NCBI GenBank assembly: GCA_017651565.1 | Contig: JAGCCQ010000079.1 | Location: 6,447 to 70,446 of the forward strand | Direction: 5' to 3' | From: Bacilli bacterium | GTDB lineage: Bacteria > Bacillota_I > Bacilli_A > RFN20 > CAG-826 | Length of the DNA: 64,000 nucleotides | Shown: positions 1 through 8,534 of the stretch, in pieces | Position numbering within the stretch: the first letter of the stretch is position 1 | How the letters are laid out: each line of letters opens with the position of its first letter | Notes under the pieces: generated by a model | What the model saw: the letters and a program-made list of their open reading frames with translations, nothing else | Told to the model about the DNA's origin: nothing | The model's database searches: none | Made by a program: the position numbers and the translations under genes

Positions 1-903
1 CAAATGTTAAGAAGCCTTAACTGTGAAATAAGAATGTGCTTGGATGGCGATTTACCTGGACAAAGCGCAATGATGGAAGCTTGTAAGTTATTCTCAAAAG
101 CAGGAATGTCGTGTCGAATCGTTTATAACAACAATTCTTCAAAAGATCCTGATGAAATTCTCAATACAGAAGGAAAAGACGCTCTAATTAGCTATTTGAA
201 TAACTTGCAGACATATCCAGAGTTTGCACTTAACTATTATCAGAACTCAAATCCACTCAATACTACTGAACAAAAGAAAGCATTGGTAAGTGAATTCGTT
301 CCGATATTATTATCACTAAATAGCCAACTTGAATTAGGAACTTATCTAAGAAAGTTATCAAAGATAACTGGATACGATGTCGAAAGTATCAGAGAAGTTC
401 TTAAGAAAGTTAAAACTAAAAAAACGGATGTAACAAAAGCAATCGCATCTTTCCATCCAGAAAGAAAAGTTCTCGCAAAACTTGCTTTAGCTGAAAGAGA
501 GATGTTATTCCAAATGTTAAATAACAAATCAGCAGTTAATTTCTATGAATCTAAACTCGGTGGATTCTACGATGAGATTTATAGAAACATTGCTAACTAC
601 ATCGTTGAATATACGAAAGCACATGAGAATATTGATATTCCGGCGATTATCAACGATATCGAAGGTTCTGACTTAGATAATAGGGATGAGTTAATTAACG
701 AGTTAACGAGCCTATTATACGAACGTAGAAGCCATCCTGGATGTGATGACAATCTACTAAGCGATTTATATGATTCAATCAACAAAGAAAAAGAGAGAAT
801 CTTCGAAAATGATATCCTTGAACAATCGCTTCAAGGAAAATCCGAGCTAGAAAAAGCTCGTCTCATTAAAGAATTTAATGATAGAAAATTTAAGAATAAG
901 TAA
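1..903 (+). CDS. dnaG: DNA primase DnaG, C-terminal part (gene starts upstream of the window)
   Basis: The frame is open from base 1. TOPRIM acidic motif DGDLPGQSA lies near the window start. It sits directly upstream of sigA, as in the Bacillus dnaG-sigA operon. Confidence 0.85.
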   Translation, partial: QMLRSLNCEIRMCLDGDLPGQSAMMEACKLFSKAGMSCRIVYNNNSSKDPDEILNTEGKDALISYLNNLQTYPEFALNYYQNSNPLNTTEQKKALVSEFVPILLSLNSQLELGTYLRKLSKITGYDVESIREVLKKVKTKKTDVTKAIASFHPERKVLAKLALAEREMLFQMLNNKSAVNFYESKLGGFYDEIYRNIANYIVEYTKAHENIDIPAIINDIEGSDLDNRDELINELTSLLYERRSHPGCDDNLLSDLYDSINKEKERIFENDILEQSLQGKSELEKARLIKEFNDRKFKNK

Positions 904-920
904 AGGATGAGGGCATTATT

Positions 921-2141
921 ATGGCAAAAAAGGAAACAAAGAAAACAACAATCGTCAATGAAGATGGCGAAATTATGAATCTTGATGAAATCAAGAAACA
1001 ATTATTAAAGAAAGCAAAATCCGCAGGATCATTAGATCAAAGTGATATTTATGATGCTCTTTCTGCTTACGAAATCGATGATGATACAGTTAACGAATTA
1101 ATTACTTTCTTCAAAGAACAAGGCGTTGAAGTTATCTCTGAAGATGATGACGCTGAAGATGAAGATTTTGAAGAAGATTTCGACTATGAAAAAATGACTA
1201 AAGCTGGCGCTGATGATGACTTCGAAGATTTCGATGGCGAAGAAAATCTTGAAGAAGACATCGATATTGAACATCTTGATGTTACATTAGGCGGCGAAGT
1301 CAAAGTTAACGACTCAGTTAAGATGTATCTTAAAGCAATCGGTGCTTACGCATTAATCGATGCTGATAGAGAAATCGTTCTCGCTAAGAAAATCTTAGAA
1401 GGCGATGAAGATGCAAAGAATGAATTAATCAACGCAAACTTGCGTTTAGTTGTTAATATCGCAAAACATTATGTTGGTAGAGGTATGCTCTTCTTAGATT
1501 TAATCCAAGAAGGTAACTTAGGCTTAATGAAAGCTGTTGATAAATTCGATTACACAAAAGGATTTAAGTTCTCAACATACGCAACATGGTGGATTCGTCA
1601 AGCAATTACTCGTGCAATTGCTGACCAAGCTCGTACAATTCGTATTCCTGTTCACATGGTTGAAACAATCAACAAAATGACAAGAATTCAACGTCAATTA
1701 ATTCAAGAATTAGGTAGAGAACCAACAGCAGATGAAATTTCTGAAGCTATGGGTGGTGAACTCCCTCCAAAGAGAATTAGAGAAATCCAAAGAATCGCTC
1801 TTGAACCTGTTTCATTAGAAACTCCAATTGGTGAAGAAGATGATTCACACTTAGGCGACTTTATCGAAGATAAAGAATCTGAATCTCCTGTTGAATTCAC
1901 AACAAGACAATTATTAAAAGAAGAATTATATTCAATTCTTACTGAACTTTCTGATAGAGAAGAAAGAGTTATTAGATTACGTTACGGTTTAGATGATAAT
2001 CGTCCAAGAACTCTTGAAGAAGTTGGTAAAGAATTTGGTGTTACTCGTGAAAGAATTAGACAAATCGAAGCTAAAGCTATCAAGAAATTAAGACACCCAA
2101 CAAGAAGTAAACGTTTAGGCGATTACAAGGAAAAACTATAA
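921..2141 (+). CDS. sigA: Primary RNA polymerase sigma factor (sigma-70/SigA)
   Basis: Acidic region 1.1, region 2 block [54 protein letters not shown], and region 4 [20 protein letters not shown] purine-rich RBS precedes the ATG. Confidence 0.97.
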   Translation: MAKKETKKTTIVNEDGEIMNLDEIKKQLLKKAKSAGSLDQSDIYDALSAYEIDDDTVNELITFFKEQGVEVISEDDDAEDEDFEEDFDYEKMTKAGADDDFEDFDGEENLEEDIDIEHLDVTLGGEVKVNDSVKMYLKAIGAYALIDADREIVLAKKILEGDEDAKNELINANLRLVVNIAKHYVGRGMLFLDLIQEGNLGLMKAVDKFDYTKGFKFSTYATWWIRQAITRAIADQARTIRIPVHMVETINKMTRIQRQLIQELGREPTADEISEAMGGELPPKRIREIQRIALEPVSLETPIGEEDDSHLGDFIEDKESESPVEFTTRQLLKEELYSILTELSDREERVIRLRYGLDDNRPRTLEEVGKEFGVTRERIRQIEAKAIKKLRHPTRSKRLGDYKEKL

Positions 2142-2806
2142 TGGAAATTAAAATATCCAAACGATTAGAAACAATTGCTGCAATGGTTCCAAAAAGCATT
2201 GTAGCGGATATTGGTAGTGATCATGGAAAACTCATGATTGAACTATTTAATAGTGGCAAAATAACCAAAGGTTATGCTGTCGAAAATAAAAAAGGACCAT
2301 ATAATCGTTTGGTGAAAGCGTTGGAAGAAGAAGGTGTTATTGACCATGTTATTCCTATGCTTTCAGATGGCATTACTGAACTACCTAAATGCGTAACCAC
2401 AGTTGTTATTGCTGGTATGGGTGGTAAAGCTATTGTTAACATCCTTAAGAAGGATCTACGCAAATTAGATAATGTTGAAACATTGGTTATAGATGCTCAT
2501 TCATGCATTCCTTTTGTTAGGGATGAAGTATCTAAAATTGGTTATTCAATTTCAGAAGAAAAGATTATTAAAGAAGATGGTATTTTCTATGAAATTATTC
2601 GTTTTACAAAATCTGATGTTGCTTTCTATAGTGACGATGATATTGAATTTGGACCAATTTTAAGAAAAGAAAAAAGCGCTCTTTTCAAAGAAAAATATCA
2701 AAGTAGAATTGACGAAATTGATAACTTAATCAGTTCTAAGAAATTACCCTACAATAGAATTGCTATTTTAACAGCTGAAAAGACAAAGTTGGAGACTATC
2801 TTATGA
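2141..2806 (+). CDS. trmK: tRNA (adenine22-N1)-methyltransferase TrmK
   Basis: SAM-binding motif ADIGSDHGKL. The start overlaps the sigA stop (TAATG). Position after sigA matches B. subtilis yqfN. It ends in TGA. Confidence 0.85.
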   Translation: MEIKISKRLETIAAMVPKSIVADIGSDHGKLMIELFNSGKITKGYAVENKKGPYNRLVKALEEEGVIDHVIPMLSDGITELPKCVTTVVIAGMGGKAIVNILKKDLRKLDNVETLVIDAHSCIPFVRDEVSKIGYSISEEKIIKEDGIFYEIIRFTKSDVAFYSDDDIEFGPILRKEKSALFKEKYQSRIDEIDNLISSKKLPYNRIAILTAEKTKLETIL

Positions 2807-3573
2807 TAGAAATGAAAAAGATTTTACAAAAACTTTCAGTCAATTTTCCAAAAAGATTAGCCGCAAAATATCATGATCATGTAGGCTTAATGACTGGAAA
2901 AATGCCTGGTAAAGTAAACAAGGTTTTCCTTTGCTTAGATTTAGATTTCGAAGTACTTCCTCAAATCGAAAAGGTAAAACCAGATGTAATTATTACTCAT
3001 CATCCTTTTATTTATGGAACAAAAGCAAAAGTATTTAAATGGGATTTATTTAAAAAAGAATTATGTGAAAAAATAGACGCAATGGGTATCCCTGTTTATT
3101 CTTTCCATACAAATTTTGATGAAGGAAATGGTGGAATGAATGATGCCTTAGCATCAGCATTAGAATTAACTGACGTCTATTCTAACCCTTTAGACCCTAT
3201 GATGAGAATTGGCTTTCTTCCTCAAGAAATGCCAGTAAAAGAATTTGCAGAGTATGCAAAAGATAGATTCGACGTTTCTTATGGCCTTTTAGTCAATTAT
3301 GGCAAAGAAAAAGTAAAAAAGGTTGGAATAATTGGTGGTGGCGGTTCTCGTAACTACGTGAACGCAATCAAGGAAGAATGCGACATCTATATTTCTGGAG
3401 ACGCACCTCATTATGTTAGACGAGATGTCGTTACTAGAAAATTTAATTACTTAGACTTCCCACATGAGATTGAAAAGATATTTATGCCTACAATGAAAAA
3501 TATCCTACAATCAATCGATAATTCTTTAGAAATTATCACTGTAGATCACGAAAAACTTCCAACAGTTATTTAG
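2803..3573 (+). CDS. Nif3-family metal-binding protein (YqfO-like, GTP cyclohydrolase 1 type 2 homologue)
   Basis: Motifs ITHHPFIY, HTNFD and GGGGS. ATGA overlap with trmK; synteny with yqfO. Confidence 0.85.
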   Translation: MIEMKKILQKLSVNFPKRLAAKYHDHVGLMTGKMPGKVNKVFLCLDLDFEVLPQIEKVKPDVIITHHPFIYGTKAKVFKWDLFKKELCEKIDAMGIPVYSFHTNFDEGNGGMNDALASALELTDVYSNPLDPMMRIGFLPQEMPVKEFAEYAKDRFDVSYGLLVNYGKEKVKKVGIIGGGGSRNYVNAIKEECDIYISGDAPHYVRRDVVTRKFNYLDFPHEIEKIFMPTMKNILQSIDNSLEIITVDHEKLPTVI

Positions 3574-4441
3574 TTAAATTCTCGATTGCTTTATAAACAG
3601 AATTGATAACTTCAAGTGGTGTTGAAGTGCCAGATGTAATGACGGCATGTTTCTTACCTTGAAGCATATCTATAGTTAAATCGCTTTCACTAGAAATTAA
3701 ATAAGTGGAAGTTTTTTTATTTCTGGTAGAAGAAATCTCAAACAATCTTTTTGTGTTTGAAGAATTTTTATCTCCAACCACAAAAATGACATCAACATCG
3801 TCTTCGATTTTAAGAATATTTTCTTGTCTTAGTCTGGTAGCTGGGCAAATTTCGTTGTTAAAAATAGCATTTGGATAGATATTTTTAATTATATTAAAAA
3901 TATATTCTAGCTCTTTAAAATTCAAAGTAGTTTGATTTGTTACAAAAACTGGTTTTCCATCATTGAAATCATCAAATTGTTCAGTTTTTACGTCAAATAG
4001 GTGAATATCATTTGATATTGATAAACAAGCCGTGGTTTCAGGATGTTTTTCAATTCCTACAAAGATAACATTAAAACCTGATTCCAATTTCTCTTTTATT
4101 TGATTCATGTTAGCTTTAACTTTTGGACAAATACAATCCAAAATAGTTAAGCCTTTTTTATTTGCTAATTCATCTAATTTTTCATCGTGACCATGTGCAG
4201 TAAAAACAACAATACCACCTGGTTCTAATGAATTAATTTTTTCTTCCATTGAAATAGAATTATCAACCAAATTAGTAATTCCTATTGATTCTAAAGAATC
4301 AATAACATGTGAGTTATGTACCAAACTTCCAAGAATATAAACGGGTTTATTTGGATTGTCTTTCTTGACTTTGACTGCTTTTAAAATAGCGTTACTAACG
4401 CCAGAACAATATCCAACAGGTTGTAAGATTTCAATTTTCAT
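3566..4441 (-). CDS. ispH: 4-hydroxy-3-methylbut-2-enyl diphosphate reductase IspH (MEP pathway)
   Basis: Motifs GYCSGV, LVHNSHV, TAHGH, NQTT, SSNT. The track ORF (to 4513) is over-extended; a homology-consistent start is MKIEILQP at 4441. Confidence 0.9.
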   Translation of the reverse strand: MKIEILQPVGYCSGVSNAILKAVKVKKDNPNKPVYILGSLVHNSHVIDSLESIGITNLVDNSISMEEKINSLEPGGIVVFTAHGHDEKLDELANKKGLTILDCICPKVKANMNQIKEKLESGFNVIFVGIEKHPETTACLSISNDIHLFDVKTEQFDDFNDGKPVFVTNQTTLNFKELEYIFNIIKNIYPNAIFNNEICPATRLRQENILKIEDDVDVIFVVGDKNSSNTKRLFEISSTRNKKTSTYLISSESDLTIDMLQGKKHAVITSGTSTPLEVINSVYKAIENLTK

Positions 4442-4447
4442 CTTTAT

Positions 4448-4457
4448 TATGATAACA
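4448..4457. promoter_or_regulatory. Overlapping divergent -10 elements for ispH (TGtTATCAT on -) and nfo (TATGAT on +)
   Basis: The whole ispH-nfo spacer is 34 bp. On the minus strand TG-T-TATCAT is followed by 7 nt and then the ispH ATG, with no SD. On the plus strand TATGAT (4448-4453) precedes AAGG and the nfo ATG. Confidence 0.45.
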
Positions 4458-4475
4458 TAATCTAAGGTAAAAATT

Positions 4476-5360
4476 ATGAATGAAAAATTATTAATCGGAT
4501 CACATGTTGGCATGAATGCTCCTGACTTTTATTTAGGCTCTGTTAAAGAAGCTATTTCTTATGGTTCAACAGCTTTCATGTTCTATACAGGTGCGCCACA
4601 AAATTCTTTTAGAAAGCCATTATCTGAATTAAAAATTCAGGAAGGTAGGAAATTATTACAAGAAGCAGGAATCGATGAATCTAAGTTGATCGTTCATGCT
4701 CCATACATTATTAATGCAGCTAATAAAAACAAACCTGATTTATGGGAAATGAGTATTAGAACTATCATAAATGAGGTTCAAAGAACTGCTGGATTTGGTT
4801 GCAAAACTTTGGTTTTACATCCAGGAAATCACGTTGGAAATGGTGCTGAAGTCGCTATTGAAACATTAGCAGAAGCACTTGATAAAGTATTTGAAAAAGA
4901 CGGTACTGATGTAAAAATTGCACTTGAAACTATGTGCGGTAAAGGTACTGAAATTGGAATTACTTTTGAAGAAATTGCTAAAATTATCGAACTTTCTAAT
5001 CATAAAGATCGTTTAGGCGTATGCCTTGATACATGTCACACATCAGATTACGGTTATGATTTAACTGATTTTGATGCAGTTTTAGACGAATTTGATAGAG
5101 TAATTGGCTTAGATAGATTGCTTGTAATTCATCTTAACGATTCTAAGAATCCTAAAGGTGCTCACAAAGATAGACACGAAAACTTAGGATATGGCTTTAT
5201 TGGATTTGATACATTAAATGCTATTGCACACAATCCTAGAGTTAGTGACATTCCTAAGATTTTAGAAACTCCTTACATAAATGAAAAACCACCTTACGGC
5301 AAAGAAATTGAAATGCTTAAAAGTGGTAAATTTATAGATAATTGGAAAGAAAACTTCTAA
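4476..5360 (+). CDS. nfo: Endonuclease IV (AP endonuclease)
   Basis: Motifs GSHVGM, HAPYIIN, HPGNH, ETMCGKGTE, CLDTCH, HLNDSK. Confidence 0.93.
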   Translation: MNEKLLIGSHVGMNAPDFYLGSVKEAISYGSTAFMFYTGAPQNSFRKPLSELKIQEGRKLLQEAGIDESKLIVHAPYIINAANKNKPDLWEMSIRTIINEVQRTAGFGCKTLVLHPGNHVGNGAEVAIETLAEALDKVFEKDGTDVKIALETMCGKGTEIGITFEEIAKIIELSNHKDRLGVCLDTCHTSDYGYDLTDFDAVLDEFDRVIGLDRLLVIHLNDSKNPKGAHKDRHENLGYGFIGFDTLNAIAHNPRVSDIPKILETPYINEKPPYGKEIEMLKSGKFIDNWKENF

Positions 5361-6406
5361 AGTTTATTAATTTCTTGAATTAGAACATCAAAAACTTTGT
5401 CTTCTGAATATCTTCCAAGAATCTCTTCTTTCTTAAAAATAACGAATTCATTCAAACCGCCGGCTATTCCAATGTCGGCGTTTTTTGCTTCTCCAGGACC
5501 GTTGACAACACATCCCATAACTGCGACATGAACTGGTTTTTGAATCTTTTCTAAGTAATTCATGACCTTTTCAGCTATTTCTTTTACATTGACCCTAGTT
5601 CTTCCGCAGGTAGGACAAGCAACGATTGTAGGATAATTTGGATATAAACCGCAATCGTGTAATAAACGCTTAGCAGCGATGACTTCTTCTTTAGGATCTT
5701 CGGTCATAGAAATTCTGATTGTGTCACCAATTCCTTCGAGTAGGAGTGGCGCAAGACCAGCAGAACTTCTAATTAAGGAAATATCTTTATATCCAGCTTC
5801 GGTAATTCCTAAGTGTAATGGATATGGGAAAGTTTCACTTGCTAATCTATATGCTTCGATGCATTCTAAGATATTACTTCCCTTAAGGGAAATTGCTATA
5901 TCATAGAAGCCTAAATCTTCTAAAATCTTTACGTGTTTTTTTGCGGATTCAACTAAAGCTTTTGCGGTATATTGAGTTGAATAATCGTGAATTTCTTTAT
6001 CTAAACTTCCTGAATTAACTCCAACTCTAATTGAAATACCTTTTTCTTTTGCCATATCGACAACTTTTTTGATATTTTCAATTGAACCGATGTTGCCTGG
6101 ATTTATTCTAATTTTATCAACTCCGGCTTCCATAGCCATTAAGGCTAACACGTAATTAAAATGAATATCTGCAACTAGAGGAATATTAATTCTAGCTTTG
6201 ATATCTTTAATTGCTCTAGCATCCTTTGAATCCATTACAGAAACACGCATATAATCTGCGCCTAATTCTGCACATTCATTGATTTGTTTTACGACTTCAT
6301 CAACCTTTTCTGTTTTGATATTACACATTGATTGAATTAAGACCTTGTTTTGTCCACCTAAAACGAGGTTTCCAACCTTAATTTGCCTAGTTTCTGTTCT
6401 TTTCAT
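5357..6406 (-). CDS. ispG: 4-hydroxy-3-methylbut-2-en-1-yl diphosphate synthase IspG (MEP pathway)
   Basis: Motifs QSMCN, ADIHF, RINPGN, CPTCGR, MGCVVNGPGE. The track ORF (to 6544) is over-extended; start taken at MKRTETRQIKVG (6406). Confidence 0.9.
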   Translation of the reverse strand: MKRTETRQIKVGNLVLGGQNKVLIQSMCNIKTEKVDEVVKQINECAELGADYMRVSVMDSKDARAIKDIKARINIPLVADIHFNYVLALMAMEAGVDKIRINPGNIGSIENIKKVVDMAKEKGISIRVGVNSGSLDKEIHDYSTQYTAKALVESAKKHVKILEDLGFYDIAISLKGSNILECIEAYRLASETFPYPLHLGITEAGYKDISLIRSSAGLAPLLLEGIGDTIRISMTEDPKEEVIAAKRLLHDCGLYPNYPTIVACPTCGRTRVNVKEIAEKVMNYLEKIQKPVHVAVMGCVVNGPGEAKNADIGIAGGLNEFVIFKKEEILGRYSEDKVFDVLIQEINKL

Positions 6407-6412
6407 GGGTAA

Positions 6413-6421
6413 ATTATAACA
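6413..6421 (-). promoter_or_regulatory. Extended -10 promoter TGtTATAAT of ispG (leaderless configuration)
   Basis: The minus strand reads TGTTATAAT-TTACCC-ATG, only 6 nt between the -10 and the start codon, with no SD. Confidence 0.55.
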
Positions 6422-6449
6422 TTTTAATGTTTCAGTTAAACAAAATATG

Positions 6450-6478
6450 TTTACAATATCTTTTACCTGTGGTAATGT
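6450..6478 (+). promoter_or_regulatory. rpmG promoter (-35 TTTACA, 17-bp spacer, TGg-TAATGT)
   Basis: TTTACA at 6450-6455 and TAATGT at 6473-6478 preceded by TG. The RBS AAGGAGA follows before the ATG at 6504. Confidence 0.55.
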
Positions 6479-6503
6479 TAATTGCGGCTTAAGGAGAATT
6501 ATT

Positions 6504-6668
6504 ATGGCAAAAGACGACAGAATCTCATTAACTCTTAAATGCACAGAATGTGGTGAAGAAAACTACTTAACAAGTAAAAATAAGAAAAAACATCCTGAAA
6601 GATTGGAACTCAATAAATACTGCAATAAGTGCAAAAAAGTTACTCTTCACAAGGAGAAAAAGAAATAA
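6504..6668 (+). CDS. rpmG: 50S ribosomal protein L33
   Basis: 54-aa protein with CxxC...CxxC (CTECGEENY...CNKCKK). Strong RBS AAGGAGA. The track ORF start at 6447 is an upstream over-extension. Confidence 0.9.
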   Translation: MAKDDRISLTLKCTECGEENYLTSKNKKKHPERLELNKYCNKCKKVTLHKEKKK

Positions 6669-6689
6669 TAGGCACGGCCTATTTTTTTC
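6668..6689 (+). terminator. Rho-independent terminator after rpmG
   Basis: Short stem ATAGGC-acg-GCCTAT followed by TTTTTTC. Confidence 0.5.
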
Positions 6690-6703
6690 TTATATGAATA
6701 TAA

Positions 6704-7339
6704 ATGTTAGAAGTCATACCTTTTTTATACGAAGATATAGATGAATTAAAAGCAAACACTTATTTAATTAAAGATAATAAGAAAAAGTGTGTTGTAGTTG
6801 ATCCAGGGGTGGATAATGACAAACTTGGAGATTATATCAAAAAGAATAAATTGTCATTACAAGCTGTTCTTTTGACGCACGCTCACATTGATCACATGAG
6901 AGGCGTTGATAGATTAGTGGATCGTTTTAAATGTGATTTATACATCGGTTTTGACGATGAAATCGGCTTAACTGATGAAGAATATAACTGTGCTGTTGAT
7001 TTAGATGAATCGCTCATTATTAGAGCAAAAGCAAAGACGGTTGCAGACAATGAAATCCTTAATATTTTAAACGAAGATATTAAAGTAATTTATACCCCAT
7101 TTCATACTAGAGGTTCAGCATGTTATTACTTTAGTAATAGTGCATTACTTTTTAGTGGCGATACTCTATTCAAAAATGTTATTGGTAGAACTGATTTAAA
7201 ATCATCAATCAGAGCACCTATGAGAGAGTCATTAGCTAAACTAAGAATTTTACCTGAAAATGTCAAAGTCTATCCAGGCCATGGAGAGTTTACAACTATC
7301 GGTATTGAAAAGGTAAAGAACTTATTTCTCAACAGATAA
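6704..7339 (+). CDS. Metallo-beta-lactamase fold hydrolase (hydroxyacylglutathione hydrolase-like)
   Basis: HxHxDH motif (THAHIDHMRG), later HTRGS and GH. No SD before the ATG. Confidence 0.8.
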   Translation: MLEVIPFLYEDIDELKANTYLIKDNKKKCVVVDPGVDNDKLGDYIKKNKLSLQAVLLTHAHIDHMRGVDRLVDRFKCDLYIGFDDEIGLTDEEYNCAVDLDESLIIRAKAKTVADNEILNILNEDIKVIYTPFHTRGSACYYFSNSALLFSGDTLFKNVIGRTDLKSSIRAPMRESLAKLRILPENVKVYPGHGEFTTIGIEKVKNLFLNR

Positions 7340-7343
7340 GATT

Positions 7344-7358
7344 TTGATATAATATCAA
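7344..7358 (+). promoter_or_regulatory. efp promoter: extended -10 TGaTATAAT inside a perfect 15-bp palindrome TTGATATAATATCAA
   Basis: TG at 7345-7346 and TATAAT at 7348-7353. RBS GAAAGGA precedes the ATG at 7388. Confidence 0.55.
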
Positions 7359-7387
7359 ACGGAAACTTTTAGAAAGGATATAAACAA

Positions 7388-7945
7388 ATGGTAAACGTTA
7401 CAGAATTAAGACCTGGAAACTACTTCATTGATGAAAACAATTTATATCAAGTTCTAGACATTTTATTAAACAAAACAGCAATGAGAAAAATGGTTGCTAA
7501 AGTTAAAGTTAAAAACGTTAGAACAGGAACAATTAATGAAATCGCACGTAACTCTGGTTACATGGTCGAAAACATCAAATTAGACAAGAAAACAATGCAA
7601 TATCTTTATGATTCAGGAGATTTCTTAGTATTCATGGATAATGAAACTTATGAACAAATCGAAATCAGTAAAGATAGATTAAAATGGGAAATGAATTTCT
7701 TAAAGAGTGAATGTAATGTCGATATTACTTCGTACGATGGAGAAATCCTTGGAATTCAATTACCACCAAAGGTGGCTTTAAAAATTACAGTCTGTGAGCC
7801 AGCAATTAGAGGCGATACAGTCAACAAACCAATGAAGCCTGCAACAGTCGAAACTGGCTTGGAAATTAAAGTTCCTTTATTCATTGAAGAAGGCGAAGAA
7901 GTATTAGTTCGTACTGATAATGGAGAGTACGATTCTAGAGCATAA
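7388..7945 (+). CDS. efp: Elongation factor P
   Basis: 185 aa. N-terminal LRPGNYF, typical three-domain length, conserved C-terminal VPLFIEEGE. Confidence 0.93.
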   Translation: MVNVTELRPGNYFIDENNLYQVLDILLNKTAMRKMVAKVKVKNVRTGTINEIARNSGYMVENIKLDKKTMQYLYDSGDFLVFMDNETYEQIEISKDRLKWEMNFLKSECNVDITSYDGEILGIQLPPKVALKITVCEPAIRGDTVNKPMKPATVETGLEIKVPLFIEEGEEVLVRTDNGEYDSRA

Positions 7946-7964
7946 ATAGAAGGGGAAAATTATT

Positions 7965-8189
7965 ATGATGGAAATCGAAGTTTGGCAATTAATCATTTAC
8001 ATCCTTTTAGCTTTTATTGGCGGAGGTGCAGCAGGATTCTTTATTACAAAGAAAGTCTTCACAAAACAACTCAAGGAGAATCCTCCAATTAACGAAAAAA
8101 TGATTCGCGCAATGTTCAGATCTATGGGTAGAAACCCAAGCGAAAAACAAGTTCGCGAAGTCATGAGAAACGTTAACAATCAACGTTAA
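7965..8189 (+). CDS. UPF0154/YneF-family small membrane protein
   Basis: 74 aa with one N-terminal TM (LIIYILLAFIGGGAAGFFI) then KQLKENPPINEKMIRAMFRSMGRNPSEKQV, typical of the YneF family. Good RBS. Confidence 0.8.
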   Translation: MMEIEVWQLIIYILLAFIGGGAAGFFITKKVFTKQLKENPPINEKMIRAMFRSMGRNPSEKQVREVMRNVNNQR

Positions 8190-8209
8190 TTAGCTTAGGA
8201 AACAAAAGG

Positions 8210-8231
8210 GCAGCTAGGAGCTGCTTTTTTT
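8210..8231 (+). terminator. Rho-independent terminator
   Basis: Stem GCAGCT-agg-AGCTGC followed by TTTTTTT. Confidence 0.75.
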
Positions 8232-8534
8232 GTGCCCTAGTTTTTAATGTAGGTTAAAAATAACGCAAAAATTACCCAAAAATTAGAACTAAAATTTGTT
8301 TATATTAATATAAGTGCCTATTTCTATCGTATTTCGAACATGTATTTTAAGGGCTTAAAATGCAGATTTTCTAATTTTTGGTAAATTTGATAAATCAAAA
8401 TGAAATTTTTTTCGAAGGTTAATATATTTTTATAAAATATATTGTTGTTTTAGGTGCCTCCTAGGGCGTTTTATTTCCTTTTAGTTACAACTAAAGTTGG
8501 GTATAATTTTATACTGCAAATAGGAGGATATATC

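Noticed and set aside
8232-8534. AT-rich 300-bp spacer considered as a replication origin (oriC).
   Set aside because: I saw no TTATCCACA-like DnaA boxes by eye and no dnaA/dnaN nearby. The gene-orientation pattern and the dif site put this region next to the terminus, the opposite of an origin.
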